This document shows, piece by piece, positions 31,309 to 41,301 of a stretch of 64,000 bases of DNA. Numbering within the stretch: position 1 is the first letter of the stretch; each line of letters opens with the position of its first letter. Made by a program: the position numbers and the translations under genes. The notes below the pieces were generated by a model, which was not told the DNA's origin, did no database searches, and saw nothing but the letters and a program-made list of their open reading frames with translations. This stretch comes from an uncultured Verrucomicrobiae bacterium (lineage in GTDB: Bacteria > Chlamydiota > Chlamydiia > Chlamydiales > Rhabdochlamydiaceae): positions 448,001-512,000 of the forward strand of contig CAWDYW010000001.1 of assembly GCA_963806855.1 (NCBI GenBank), read 5' to 3'.

Positions 31309-33241
31309 ATGAGACCGATACTCCTACTTTCAGCACTTTCGCTTTTCCTCACTTCTGCGGCCAGCTTAAAAAAAGCCGACGTAAAAGAGACCTTTGAAGA
31401 GATGCTCCAATTGCACGTAGAGCATGACCAGATTAACCCGCTGCTCGTCAAGCGGGCCTGCAAAATATTTATTGAGCAGTTTGATTCAGCTAAGATCTAT
31501 CTCTTAGAAGATGAGGTGCAGCGTCTTGCATATCCCGACAAAAAAAAATTAGACACGGGGGTCACTCGCTATCAAAATGACGACCTGTCCCACTTTAATG
31601 ACATGAATAAGGTCGTTTGTCGCGCCATCAAACGGGCTAAGCAGTGGCGCCAGGAATATCAAAAAGAACTCATTCTCTCGGCCCATGATCTACAGCCTGT
31701 TCGAGAGGAGACCTTTCTCAGCTATGCCGAAACTGAAGCGCAGCTTAAAAGCAGGATTCAACATCAGCTTACCCGCATTTTGCTTGAAGAGCGGAAAATG
31801 AACCAACTGGACGACTGGTCACCCCAGGATCGGGAGAAGATTTTCAATCTCTGGGAGAGACGTTTTCAAGCCAGAGAAGAACCCTATCTGACCAAAGGCG
31901 CTGAGGAAGAGCACTACCTCACGTTGCACACCCTCCATGCCCTCTCCAAAAGCCTCGATGCCCACACCGCCTATTTTAGTCCAGAGGAGGCGACCGACTT
32001 GCGGACCAATTTGGAAAAGCAATTTGAAGGGATCGGAGTTGTCCTTCGCGAAGGGATCAATGGGGTGATCATCGAAAATCTGGTCAAAGGTGGCCCGGCG
32101 GAAAAGAGCCAAAAAATTCACGAGGGCGACCAGATCGTGCAAATCGATAAGAAAAAGGTCGCCGACTTGTCTTACAGCCAGGTTTTAAATGCTTTGAAAG
32201 GGGATGGGAGCAAAGATATCGAGCTTGGTCTAAAACGGAAAGGGGATACGCGGATCCACTACGTCACCCTGCAGCGAGAAAAGATTTCGATGGATGACGA
32301 TAAACTCCAGTGTCATTCTACCCCCTGTGGCAACGGGCACATCGGCATTCTCACCCTTCCTTCCTTCTATGAAGGAGGGCATGCTCACCTCAGCCGATAG
32401 GGATATGCGCGAGGCGATCAAGAAGCTCAAAAGGCAGGCTCCTCTCAATGGACTCATCCTCGATTTACGTGAGAATTCCGGCGGATTTTTAACCCAAGCG
32501 GTCAAAATCGCCAGCCTCTTTGTCTCACGAGGAGTGATCGTCATTTCCAAATATTCGCGTGGCGAGGTCAAGTATTACCGCAACCTCGATGGCCAGCTCC
32601 TGTTTGATGGCCCCCTCATTGTCCTCACCTCCCGCGCCTCCGCCTCTGCGGCCGAGATCGTCGCCCAGGCTCTCCAAGATTACGGCGTGGCCCTAATCGT
32701 CGGCGACCAAGAGACCTTCGGCAAGGGGACGATTCAATACCAAACAGTGACCGATTCCAGTGCCAAATCGTACTATAAAGTGACAGTCGGCCGTTACTAC
32801 ACCGTTTCCGGGCGTTCCGCTCAAATCGAAGGGGTCAAAGCCGACATCGTCGTCCCCACCATTTTCTCTCCCTACAAAATTGGCGAGCGGTTCCTCGAGT
32901 ACCCCCTCCCTTCCGACCAGATCGCAGCCGTCTACCTCGATCCGCTGACCGACGTCGATATGCGCAGCCGCAGCTGGTTTCAAAAGCACTACCTTCCCAA
33001 TCTTCATCAGCCGGAAGACAAATGGAAGAGAATCCTTCCCCTGCTGAGGGAAAACAGCCGCTATCGGCTCGCCAGCGATAAAAATTTTGTTCACTTTCTG
33101 AAAGAGCAAGAAAAGAAGGCGAGTTCCGACTCGGGGCGCTTCAAACGGGGTGAAAAAAGCACTTGGGGCGATGGCGACCTCCAACTCTCCGAGGCGCTCA
33201 ACATCATCCGAGATATGATTGAGTTGCAGAATAATTCTTGA
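31309..33241 (+). CDS. tsp: Tail-specific (S41) protease with a PDZ domain, one apparent frameshift near 32380
   Basis: LDAHTAYF, FEGIGV and PDZ in the first frame; DLRENSGG, SASAAEI and GKGTIQ in the next frame; divergent from rpsL as in chlamydiae. Confidence 0.88.
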
Positions 33242-33280
33242 AAAAAAACCTCAAATTACCCTAATCTTAGAGCTTCGTTT

Positions 33281-33353
<73 letters not shown>

Positions 33354-33386
33354 TCCTTCTTTTACCTTTCTTCCGCTGAGGTATCA

Positions 33387-33647
33387 ATGAGAAATAGACT
33401 TGAAGATTTAGGGCGCCTTGCAGTGTTGATCGACAACTTGCTTGACCACGATCTATTTAACAAAGAATATCTTCCGTGGCGTCCCAAGGATTACGATGAG
33501 TGGTTTGCGTCGAAGACGGAAGATCAACAGGACGACATTCTTCGCCATTGGGTTTATGGCATAGAGTCTTTTAAGGAAAAGCTGTATGACATGCTTTCGA
33601 TTGCTAATGGTACAGATCCCCTGAACGATTCGATCGATAGAACTTAA
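33387..33647 (+). CDS. Small acidic hypothetical protein (86 aa)
   Basis: ATG 33387 after GAGGT. The longer start in the ORF track runs into the tRNA. Confidence 0.6.
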   Translation: MRNRLEDLGRLAVLIDNLLDHDLFNKEYLPWRPKDYDEWFASKTEDQQDDILRHWVYGIESFKEKLYDMLSIANGTDPLNDSIDRT

Positions 33648-33669
33648 GATTCTCAACCCAATGCAACAC

Positions 33670-35523
33670 TTAGTGCATATTCATATTGCTTGTATAGGCC
33701 TGATCTTCATGGGTGGGTTTATCAGGGTAGCGCAAGCTGAGCAAGCCATTTTCTACCATAGGGGTTAGAAAACGATATCGCAAGCCATTTGGATTACGTC
33801 CTATTAGTTCGGCGAGTTGAGTTCTCGTTAACCATTTGTTTTTGCATAAATTTGTAAGCATTGCCTCAATTTCTTTATAAGAGGAGTGTTTGTTCAATCT
33901 TATTTTTTTTGCAATATTTTTTAACGCAAGTAATTCATTAATAGATACTTCTTCCTTGATATGTGCGGAGGTGTGTGCGGAGGTGTGTGCGGAGGTGTGT
34001 GCGGAGGTAGACTCATTTTGTATAAGGCCATTTTCAGGGTTAAGTTGGTAGCGAGCCCATCTTCCTGAACGATCCTGGACTATCACCCCTTTGCTGACCA
34101 TTTTTTGAAGCATTCTAGTCATATCAGCGGAATGTTCTGTGGTAATCTGCCGCATTCTAGCATTATCCACCCAACCTTCTAGATCAGCTGTAACCAAGAC
34201 CTGGACTTCTAATGGGGTAAAAGTTTGAAATTTAGTCCCGAATCGAAGCTTCAATCGAGCGAGCGCTTCTTCTGGAATTAAACTGACCATTGGCAATATC
34301 CACAATACCCTATCGGGTTGAGTAGATTCTCGAACAATAGGAGAGCGCCAATGTTGTGAGCTCCATCCCCGCCGGATTTTATCAATTCCTGAACCTGCTT
34401 TTTCAGCCGCACCCATCATGGTAAACATCACTTGCAGCGATTTGTTGCGGCATTCACTTACATTTTCATTAAATAGTTGATCCATTGAGATGAGAAGAGA
34501 ACCAGGATTGGAGAATTCAAAGCGATCCTTATATTTTTTAATAATGACCCCACCTTGACCGAAATGATCTGCATGAATGAGAGCATTAACGAGTGCTTCT
34601 CGGATTGCTTCATGCACAATTGTTTCCCCCTTGCGGAACATATCTGCATCCAATTGAAAAGGAAGCTTTATATCTGCCGAGACTTTTTGGACAACTCGAT
34701 TATAAAACTGAAATAAATTTCCTTCCCATGTCCCATCGGGTATTAAACGATCAGTCCATCGAACATCGGGATCATCTGAGAGTTTTTCCCTATAATCGAC
34801 CCAATACTGTGGAAGTGCTTTGCGGAGAATGTCATCACGACCAAACATCAACAATCCCGCCACGGTGGGACCTTCTTGTTTAGTCTCTTGACATCTGTCC
34901 CAACCGCCCAGTTTTGTGAGCAGGCCTTTATCATCTTCATTTAACCATGGATGAGTGGGTTTGAAGGATCGGAATCTCTGACGATATTGTTGGAGACTCA
35001 ATGCATCTAAATCTTCGAAATTATAATGCACCATGACTCTGCTATCAGAGGATTTTTCAGATTTGTCAGATAGCATTCGGTAGACTTCCTGTTCTGTACA
35101 ATGGTAGTCTCCTTCATAGTTGCGCTTATATGTTCCTGTCAGAGGATTTTGTCTAATGAATAAAGGGCGTTGATATCGAGATGCACGGGGAATACGGATG
35201 GCGAGTATTGTTCCAGCTGGATGGTTCACTTCTTGAACGTCTCGATTTTCAAGAATATTGGTGCTAATCACAGATCTATTGTTAAGTGTATCCCAAAAGT
35301 TTTTCTTGATCTTATTAATGTCTGTTAATCCAATGACTGTCCCATCATCCTCAACTCCGAGAAAAATCACGCCTCCATTTGTATTCGCCATCGCACTATA
35401 GGTTTCCCAGAGACTTTGAGGCAGGCCTCCTTTTGCAGACTTGAACTCCAAATCTTCACTTTCGTTCCAATCATGCTCATTGAGAATTGTTAAATAATCG
35501 ATCGTACTTTTTTCCTCAGCCAT
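33670..35523 (-). CDS. AlbA_2/Schlafen-like domain + RecG-C-like HATPase domain + HTH protein
   Basis: ESEDLEFKSA...WETYSAMANTNGGVIFLGV; AIREALVNALIHAD; NPG; AEKAGSGI; C-terminal wHTH. Confidence 0.85.
   Translation of the reverse strand: MAEEKSTIDYLTILNEHDWNESEDLEFKSAKGGLPQSLWETYSAMANTNGGVIFLGVEDDGTVIGLTDINKIKKNFWDTLNNRSVISTNILENRDVQEVNHPAGTILAIRIPRASRYQRPLFIRQNPLTGTYKRNYEGDYHCTEQEVYRMLSDKSEKSSDSRVMVHYNFEDLDALSLQQYRQRFRSFKPTHPWLNEDDKGLLTKLGGWDRCQETKQEGPTVAGLLMFGRDDILRKALPQYWVDYREKLSDDPDVRWTDRLIPDGTWEGNLFQFYNRVVQKVSADIKLPFQLDADMFRKGETIVHEAIREALVNALIHADHFGQGGVIIKKYKDRFEFSNPGSLLISMDQLFNENVSECRNKSLQVMFTMMGAAEKAGSGIDKIRRGWSSQHWRSPIVRESTQPDRVLWILPMVSLIPEEALARLKLRFGTKFQTFTPLEVQVLVTADLEGWVDNARMRQITTEHSADMTRMLQKMVSKGVIVQDRSGRWARYQLNPENGLIQNESTSAHTSAHTSAHTSAHIKEEVSINELLALKNIAKKIRLNKHSSYKEIEAMLTNLCKNKWLTRTQLAELIGRNPNGLRYRFLTPMVENGLLSLRYPDKPTHEDQAYTSNMNMH
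33962..34008. repeat. In-frame 12-bp tandem repeat, 4 copies (TSAH linker)
   Basis: TGTGCGGAGGTG repeated; protein reads TSAHTSAHTSAHTSAH. Confidence 0.9.
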
Positions 35524-35620
35524 AGAGTGTACCTAAAAATTTTCATAGCTGCGATTTTACACTTAAAGATTATTTTTTAAAAAGACTTTCCAAGGCAATG
35601 GACGGAAGTGGATTTTCAAA

Positions 35621-35663
35621 ACTGAAAATCCTTGTGTCGCTGGTTCGATTCCAGTTCTGGCCA
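35621..35663 (+). repeat. attR-like perfect copy of the tRNA-Phe 3' 43 bp
   Basis: Identical to 33311-33353; the 5' half of the tRNA is absent. Confidence 0.92.
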
Positions 35664-35711
35664 ACCTTTTAAAGATGCGTGGATTTTCTCGCTTCACTAT
35701 TGAAAAATTGC

Positions 35712-36989
35712 TTAAAGAGCAAAAATTCTCAAGAAAATGGTGGATACAGCAATAGCTAAAGTACCCCCGCCTGCGAACAGATAGCCAACGCCATTACGTG
35801 TGTTATTGGCTTGCCAGCCCACAATATATTTAACTGGCATATCAGGATCGAGGATATTAGATTCAACAGCCTCGGTCAATTCATTGAGTCTTCGATTGAA
35901 GGACTCAAGTTCTTGGGCATTTGCGGCTAGTTCACTTCTTTTTTGTTCGATACGCTGAGTTCGTAGCTCTGCAAGATCGGCCCATCTTCTATTGAGATTC
36001 GCTTCGTTCCATTCGATGCCAATTAGTGCAGCATAGGCATTTAAATTTTTCTGAACGGAGTTCTTTTTTATAGTTGAAAATATATGAGCTGTAACAAGAG
36101 CTACAATACAAATTCCAGCAATCAGTGCGGCTGCTAGAGAAACTGGGAGAATGGCAGCAGTATAGGGGATTGTTCCTATTGCCGATAGAATGACCCCGGC
36201 TAACTTTGTCACCATGGTTGTTGCATAACATCCAGTGACGATAGGTTTAATTAGCAAGTTGTTGGATTTAATTGCGTGTCCTTTTAAATCGGTTCCGTCA
36301 TAGTAATGGCCCATTGTGTAATATTCCGGGCATTCTCTTACTGTGAATTGGTTATTAAGCGTCCCATAGATAGACCCAAGAATAATGGGGAGGCCTATCA
36401 TTTGAATTGGCGCCAGAGGAATGAATACTGCCCCTGCTGCGAGGAGAGTCAATCCAAGCGAGTGATATACTATATTGCGAATGTGTGGATTATTCGAAAG
36501 AACCGTATAAGAAGAACCTGTAATCAAACTGACTACCTTTTCACCAGCATGCCATGTCAAAAATCCAACACCAATCGATGCAGCAGATGCGATCCTATTC
36601 ATAGCCCTTGCAATGTAAAAAGCTATCATAAAAATTGAGAAGAGGATGCACTTCGGAACTATGCAAATATTTTTCAGACATATTGAAGCATTAATTGATC
36701 CATTGCATAACCTATAAATTTCCCCAAATATGGCAAATGGTGAAGCGACAAGGGTTGTTATCAATTGAGCAAGAGAGGCAAGCTCATACTGAGTTTGGGT
36801 AGATAAGGTGTGGATAAGGCGTTTGAAATCATCACGGAAGATAACATCTTGCCCAACTTCTTCATCCAGCTGAGTTGGTACTTCTGCATCTACTGAGACG
36901 TAGGGGACTAAGAGCTCCTCCCTTTGACTATCCCCCCAGAGAGTTAATTGCTCCAGTAAACTAGTTGAAACGACAACCTGACTCGACAT
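35712..36989 (-). CDS. Hypothetical multi-pass membrane protein with a C-terminal coiled coil
   Basis: 425-aa ORF; several hydrophobic hairpins; CPEYYTMGH. Confidence 0.75.
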   Translation of the reverse strand: MSSQVVVSTSLLEQLTLWGDSQREELLVPYVSVDAEVPTQLDEEVGQDVIFRDDFKRLIHTLSTQTQYELASLAQLITTLVASPFAIFGEIYRLCNGSINASICLKNICIVPKCILFSIFMIAFYIARAMNRIASAASIGVGFLTWHAGEKVVSLITGSSYTVLSNNPHIRNIVYHSLGLTLLAAGAVFIPLAPIQMIGLPIILGSIYGTLNNQFTVRECPEYYTMGHYYDGTDLKGHAIKSNNLLIKPIVTGCYATTMVTKLAGVILSAIGTIPYTAAILPVSLAAALIAGICIVALVTAHIFSTIKKNSVQKNLNAYAALIGIEWNEANLNRRWADLAELRTQRIEQKRSELAANAQELESFNRRLNELTEAVESNILDPDMPVKYIVGWQANNTRNGVGYLFAGGGTLAIAVSTIFLRIFAL

Positions 36990-37148
36990 AATTACCTATT
37001 TTTGCTTTACATGACAAATGCTAATTGTATTAAATAGCATTTATAACAGTTGTTCTAAACTGATTTTTTTGTTTAAAAATCAATGGTATTATACTGAGTT
37101 AGCACTTACTAAACAAGCTAAGCGGCAAATCGTAAGCACTTGCGTCTT

Positions 37149-37206
37149 GCTGTTCACTATATGGCGCTGTTCAATATATATTGAACAGCGCCATATAGTG
37201 AACAGC
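37149..37206. repeat. Perfect 58-bp palindrome with no spacer
   Basis: GCTGTTCACTATATGGCGCTGTTCAATAT followed directly by ATATTGAACAGCGCCATATAGTGAACAGC. Confidence 0.95.
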
Positions 37207-37319
37207 TGGAGGGTTATGAACGAACGATAGTTCATCAGCTTTCATGAGCAACCTGCTGAAGGGGATATTTATGCAGATAAGTCGGCACTTATTCTGGCTT
37301 GGATTTTAAGAGAGGGGAT

Positions 37320-37532
37320 TAAGAGAAAGGCCCTCTCACTCCAACCATTCTTGATCACCTCATACGCATACCATTTCCGTGCTTCGGGGTCTTTTAACTT
37401 CTCTAATATGAGTGGGTTATGCCACTAAGGTATTTGTGCAAGCGCTGCTTGCACAATTTGCGGATCGAGGTAACCCTCAGCAAATTTCAGTATATACTTT
37501 AGATTTCGGATGGAGAAGTCACAAGTGCCTGG
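37320..37532 (-). pseudogene. DUF1016/YhcG-family N-terminal fragment with an internal stop
   Basis: Translates as PGTCDFSIRNLKYILKFAEGYLDPQIVQAALAQIP*WHNPLILEKLKDPEARKWYAYEVIKNGWSERA, matching the family pattern FSxRNLxYMxxFA...AQIPWxH...R.WY......NGWS. Confidence 0.8.
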
Positions 37533-37656
37533 TAATCAATGCATGATTGTTCATGATGTAAGAAATAATAGCAGGCTTTTCTTACAAGCTGTGTGATTCC
37601 TCAATATATTTGAGGATATATGTTCTATGGAGGCAAGAATTAACATGCAGCACTTT

Positions 37657-39609
37657 TTAATCTCGATAGAAGATAGGTAAACCATGTAGTTCTGCTTTCT
37701 TGATGAGCTGGGTGAGTTTTTCTTTTTCGGTTGGGCTTAAGCGCTTCAGAATCAATTGGCGATCGATCAGAATCCCTTTGACTTTCAGCATGTCGGGTTT
37801 AAAGCCCATCTCGGGTCTCAGATCGAGGCCAACCTCGTTATAGTCAAAATAACCGTTATCCGATGAGCTATGGGTCTGGGCCAGCAGCTCGTCGGGGTCT
37901 AAGAATCGAGAGACATTCCTTCTGGAAAAATCGTCTCCTTGAGCTAAGGTATCTTGAACAAATTGGAAGCATTTTTCTAACTCTGCTAAAACCCCTTCGC
38001 CGGGTCTGCCAAAAATGGTTTGGAACATTTCGGGGGTATCATCAGCTGGATGCAGTTTAAAGTCGTCGATGAGGGTTCTTAATTGGACTGAAGTGACACC
38101 TTCGACTTTCCATTGATTCTTGTTTTGGAAAATGGAGTCATTTTGGTGTCTATCTCTTAAGTCAGCAATTTGAGTTTGGAGTCTTTGTTGGAACTCTCGG
38201 AGTGCTGTTAATTGTTCCTTAACTTTAAGGTGTTCAGGAACTTCGTCACTTAAGTCCGCGCAAGATGCATCACGGTCCTGTATTCTAATGCCCACGATTT
38301 CTTCTTGAGCCAAGAGCCTATGGTAAAGGGTGAAGTCGTCAGGTGCTTCTGAGCCATAGAAGTTTTTGAAAATCAAATCGATGTAAGTTGCTACAACTTG
38401 GAATTTCCTGTGGAAGTTGTAATACTTCTCCGCTGTCTGCTGATGTTCAGAGTCCTTCGCAGGATTCAGTATCGGAGATTGAACGTCTTCTTTCGCTGTT
38501 GTGGCAATACAGGCAGGGTCTACTGCCAGCATGATGGCGATATTGTTCTCAGGATGGAAATAGGAAGTGGTTCCGCTGATAAGGCTTGCGCAGATTGTCC
38601 CGCCTAATTGTTGACCCATCATTCGGTTGAGGATGGCATCTGATGAAGAGGTATGGACGAAAAATCTATCATTGGCGTTGAGTCGTCGGCAAGCAATCAT
38701 GGCTCCATTAAAGGGAACTTCCATCTTATTGCCAGTGACATCAAGCTCTTTGTTTTGCAAACTTTTATATTTTGCTTTTGCTGCTGATAAGTTGGGGAAT
38801 TTTTTTGCAAATTGTTGACAGAACCACGATTCTGCCGGTGTTAGAGGATTGTCATCAATGGCAATCGCTGTTGTAATTAGATCAAAAGAAGGGACGTTCG
38901 GTGCAATAATACGAAGGATACGGTTCTCGAGGTTCTCGAGATCTTTTTTTGCAATTGTATATTCTTTCTTTGCTCTTGCAAATGTTGTACCTGTAAGTTT
39001 TCCGTCTGGTGTGCGATTTCCAAATTTCTCCTCAAACCGCGTAATTTCTGAAATCAACGATGTCACTTTTTCTATATTGGTTGCATTTCCTTCTTCTATG
39101 GTAAAAGCAACAACTTCCGACTGGAGATTATGGAACTCATCATGCGCTTGTTCTTGGACCGAGTTTAGAAGTGAAGATCTTTGGGAATTCAGTACTTTTG
39201 TAATTTGGTAATCTGACCGCTTATTGTATTTTGCTTCAAATAGATCGATTTTGGAGATGATCTGAAGGGCTCCTGTCAATGTAATTGAGTCCTTATTGCT
39301 GATAAATTGATCTACTTCAGAATTCAGCCTGCCCAGTTGAAGATGCTTTGACACCAATTTTACAATGTGGATAAGCGCACATATAAGGCCGATCAAAGCC
39401 CCCACGCCAGCTCCTATGATGGTCCCTTTGATTGGAACGACGCTTCCTATCATTGCTCCAGCTACAGCGCCAACGAAAATCAGGCCAAGAGCTGTAGCGG
39501 CCGCGCTAGCGACCTTAGAGGTGGTTTGATCAAGAGCTGGGTTTGCGGAGGCTATTGGACCCCTTGGGCTTTGTGGAAGTAGCTGGTATAGTGAATTAAT
39601 TCCTAGCAT
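37657..39609 (-). CDS. Putative secreted effector: N-terminal hydrophobic hairpin, coiled coil and possible ART-like C-terminal domain
   Basis: GLIFVGAVAGAMIG...GAGVGALIGLICALI; RFFVH, ICASLIS and YNEV motifs. Confidence 0.7.
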   Translation of the reverse strand: MLGINSLYQLLPQSPRGPIASANPALDQTTSKVASAAATALGLIFVGAVAGAMIGSVVPIKGTIIGAGVGALIGLICALIHIVKLVSKHLQLGRLNSEVDQFISNKDSITLTGALQIISKIDLFEAKYNKRSDYQITKVLNSQRSSLLNSVQEQAHDEFHNLQSEVVAFTIEEGNATNIEKVTSLISEITRFEEKFGNRTPDGKLTGTTFARAKKEYTIAKKDLENLENRILRIIAPNVPSFDLITTAIAIDDNPLTPAESWFCQQFAKKFPNLSAAKAKYKSLQNKELDVTGNKMEVPFNGAMIACRRLNANDRFFVHTSSSDAILNRMMGQQLGGTICASLISGTTSYFHPENNIAIMLAVDPACIATTAKEDVQSPILNPAKDSEHQQTAEKYYNFHRKFQVVATYIDLIFKNFYGSEAPDDFTLYHRLLAQEEIVGIRIQDRDASCADLSDEVPEHLKVKEQLTALREFQQRLQTQIADLRDRHQNDSIFQNKNQWKVEGVTSVQLRTLIDDFKLHPADDTPEMFQTIFGRPGEGVLAELEKCFQFVQDTLAQGDDFSRRNVSRFLDPDELLAQTHSSSDNGYFDYNEVGLDLRPEMGFKPDMLKVKGILIDRQLILKRLSPTEKEKLTQLIKKAELHGLPIFYRD

Positions 39610-39636
39610 AATTAATAATTCCTTTAATTAAACTTA

Positions 39637-39665
39637 ATTATAGCATGTTTATAAAATTAAGTAAA
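39637..39665 (-). promoter_or_regulatory. Sigma66/70-type promoter candidate
   Basis: TTTACT-N17-TATAAT with an extended TG on the minus strand. Confidence 0.6.
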
Positions 39666-39753
39666 TAAATTTTTTATTATTAAATATTGACATAATTAAC
39701 TGATGTTCAGTGAGTTGCGGATAAATCAAAAGATTGTTTGGGGATGCTGATAT

Positions 39754-40968
39754 TTAGGGACTTAGAATAGGTGCTTTAATCGAATTGGTGGGCAGTAAAT
39801 TGTTTAAGGCAGTACATACGGCGCAGGTAAAGTGAAGCTTTAGCGCTGATTTACCTTTTGGCGATTGGATGCTATACGCCTTACCCGCTACTGTTCGAGG
39901 GACAGGAATACCCAATATCCGTTCAGCCCAAACCGATAAAACATTAAATACTCTAGTCCCCCCAAGACATTCTCCTCTGACACTGAAAGCAGTGATATTT
40001 TCTGCATTTTTATGAAACTCCTTATGGCCCACTTTCGATCGAATATAACGCCTTACCCCGGCCCCCATCGGCTCAGAATTAAAAACCGACGCTTTTATGC
40101 CATTAGCAGCTGCTGCACATTGCGCTAACATTCCACCATGAGAATGGCCTGCAATAACCAGGGTTGTGTCAGAACTCTCACAAGCCTGCTTCAAAGCATT
40201 TCCTAGCTCTATAGCTTCTGTGACGTTAGCGTGTATTCCTCCAAAAAAATTATGTAAAATTGCCTTTATATTTCTCTTAAGGAGGGGTTTTGCTAATTTT
40301 TCACCAGCCGCCTGTCCTTCATTCAGTAACCCCATCATTCCGATAACAACTCTTTTTTCATTAGGATTATGACTTAAGCGAAAACAGGAGCCAGTTTTCT
40401 CACTATAAAAACAATTTTCTTTTCCTTTCTTAAAACCCAATGATGTAATTTTACTCTCGAATGAAGCATCGGGAATACGACCGAAAATTTGCAGCCAAGC
40501 CGATAAATATGAAACTTCTGGATTGTCTTCTTTATAAATTTTTTCATAAAATTCAACGTTTTCTGCTATCTCATGTTTTAGGGTGTTATTGGCTTTAACC
40601 TCATGCGGACCTATACGTTTATAGTAATCCGAAATACCACCTTTCCAGTCGGACATTAGATGGTCTTTCAATGTTTTCTTAAATACCTTGCCAAATACCG
40701 CTGTTTTATCCTTTAAGACCTTCGAGCGGGCCTCACTTAAACTTTGAAATAATCGAACAGGCGCCTTGAATACATTGATCAAAACACCTCTTGAAGAAAG
40801 GGGAAGAGGAAATGTAGCAAAAATACCGGCCTTTTTTACCACGTCTAGTACCTTGCTTGATGGTTCTCCTGATGACTTATCTATAATGGGTTGAGTTGTT
40901 GCCTTGTTTTGAGGCGCACTTCTAAAAAAATCATAAATAGCATATAGACTTTCTGTTATAGAAAACAT
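39754..40968 (-). CDS. Lipase-like alpha/beta hydrolase, paralog 1
   Basis: VIAGHSHGG nucleophile elbow, SVFNS and a C-terminal His. Confidence 0.8.
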   Translation of the reverse strand: MFSITESLYAIYDFFRSAPQNKATTQPIIDKSSGEPSSKVLDVVKKAGIFATFPLPLSSRGVLINVFKAPVRLFQSLSEARSKVLKDKTAVFGKVFKKTLKDHLMSDWKGGISDYYKRIGPHEVKANNTLKHEIAENVEFYEKIYKEDNPEVSYLSAWLQIFGRIPDASFESKITSLGFKKGKENCFYSEKTGSCFRLSHNPNEKRVVIGMMGLLNEGQAAGEKLAKPLLKRNIKAILHNFFGGIHANVTEAIELGNALKQACESSDTTLVIAGHSHGGMLAQCAAAANGIKASVFNSEPMGAGVRRYIRSKVGHKEFHKNAENITAFSVRGECLGGTRVFNVLSVWAERILGIPVPRTVAGKAYSIQSPKGKSALKLHFTCAVCTALNNLLPTNSIKAPILSP

Positions 40969-40995
40969 ATTAATATTCCATTATTTAGTAGCTGA

Positions 40996-41024
40996 ATTAT
41001 ATCATAATACTAATTTTATGTAAA
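40996..41024 (-). promoter_or_regulatory. Sigma66/70-type promoter candidate
   Basis: TTTACA-N17-TATAAT with an extended TG. Confidence 0.6.
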
Positions 41025-41223
41025 TAAATATTAATGAGTTATTAGCGAATGGTGGGAATTGGAATCCAATAGCTTAACTGATGGAAGCTGCTGAGGCTCT
41101 GGGCATTACGACTTATAGGTCAAGGGGTTAGATCAGAGATTTGCCTATTGCATTGGGATATCATATGGGCAGTTTATCCTTTGAGCATTTTTTGGTGCAT
41201 ATCATATACCCTAAGGAACCGGG

Positions 41224-41245
41224 GAGGGCTGAAAATTCTTGTGTC
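41224..41245 (+). repeat. Decayed tRNA-Phe anticodon-arm fragment
   Basis: GAGGGCTGAAAATTCTTGTGTC versus tRNA GAGGACTGAAAATCCTTGTGTC (20/22 identical). Confidence 0.7.
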
Positions 41246-41301
41246 AAATATCTTTCTCCGCAATATACTCTTCCCTCTGAAACTTCATTATAAGGGTAAA
41301 A

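Noticed and set aside
35621..35663. Second tRNA-Phe gene
   Set aside because: The acceptor 5' strand and D-arm are missing; it is an att-like duplicate.
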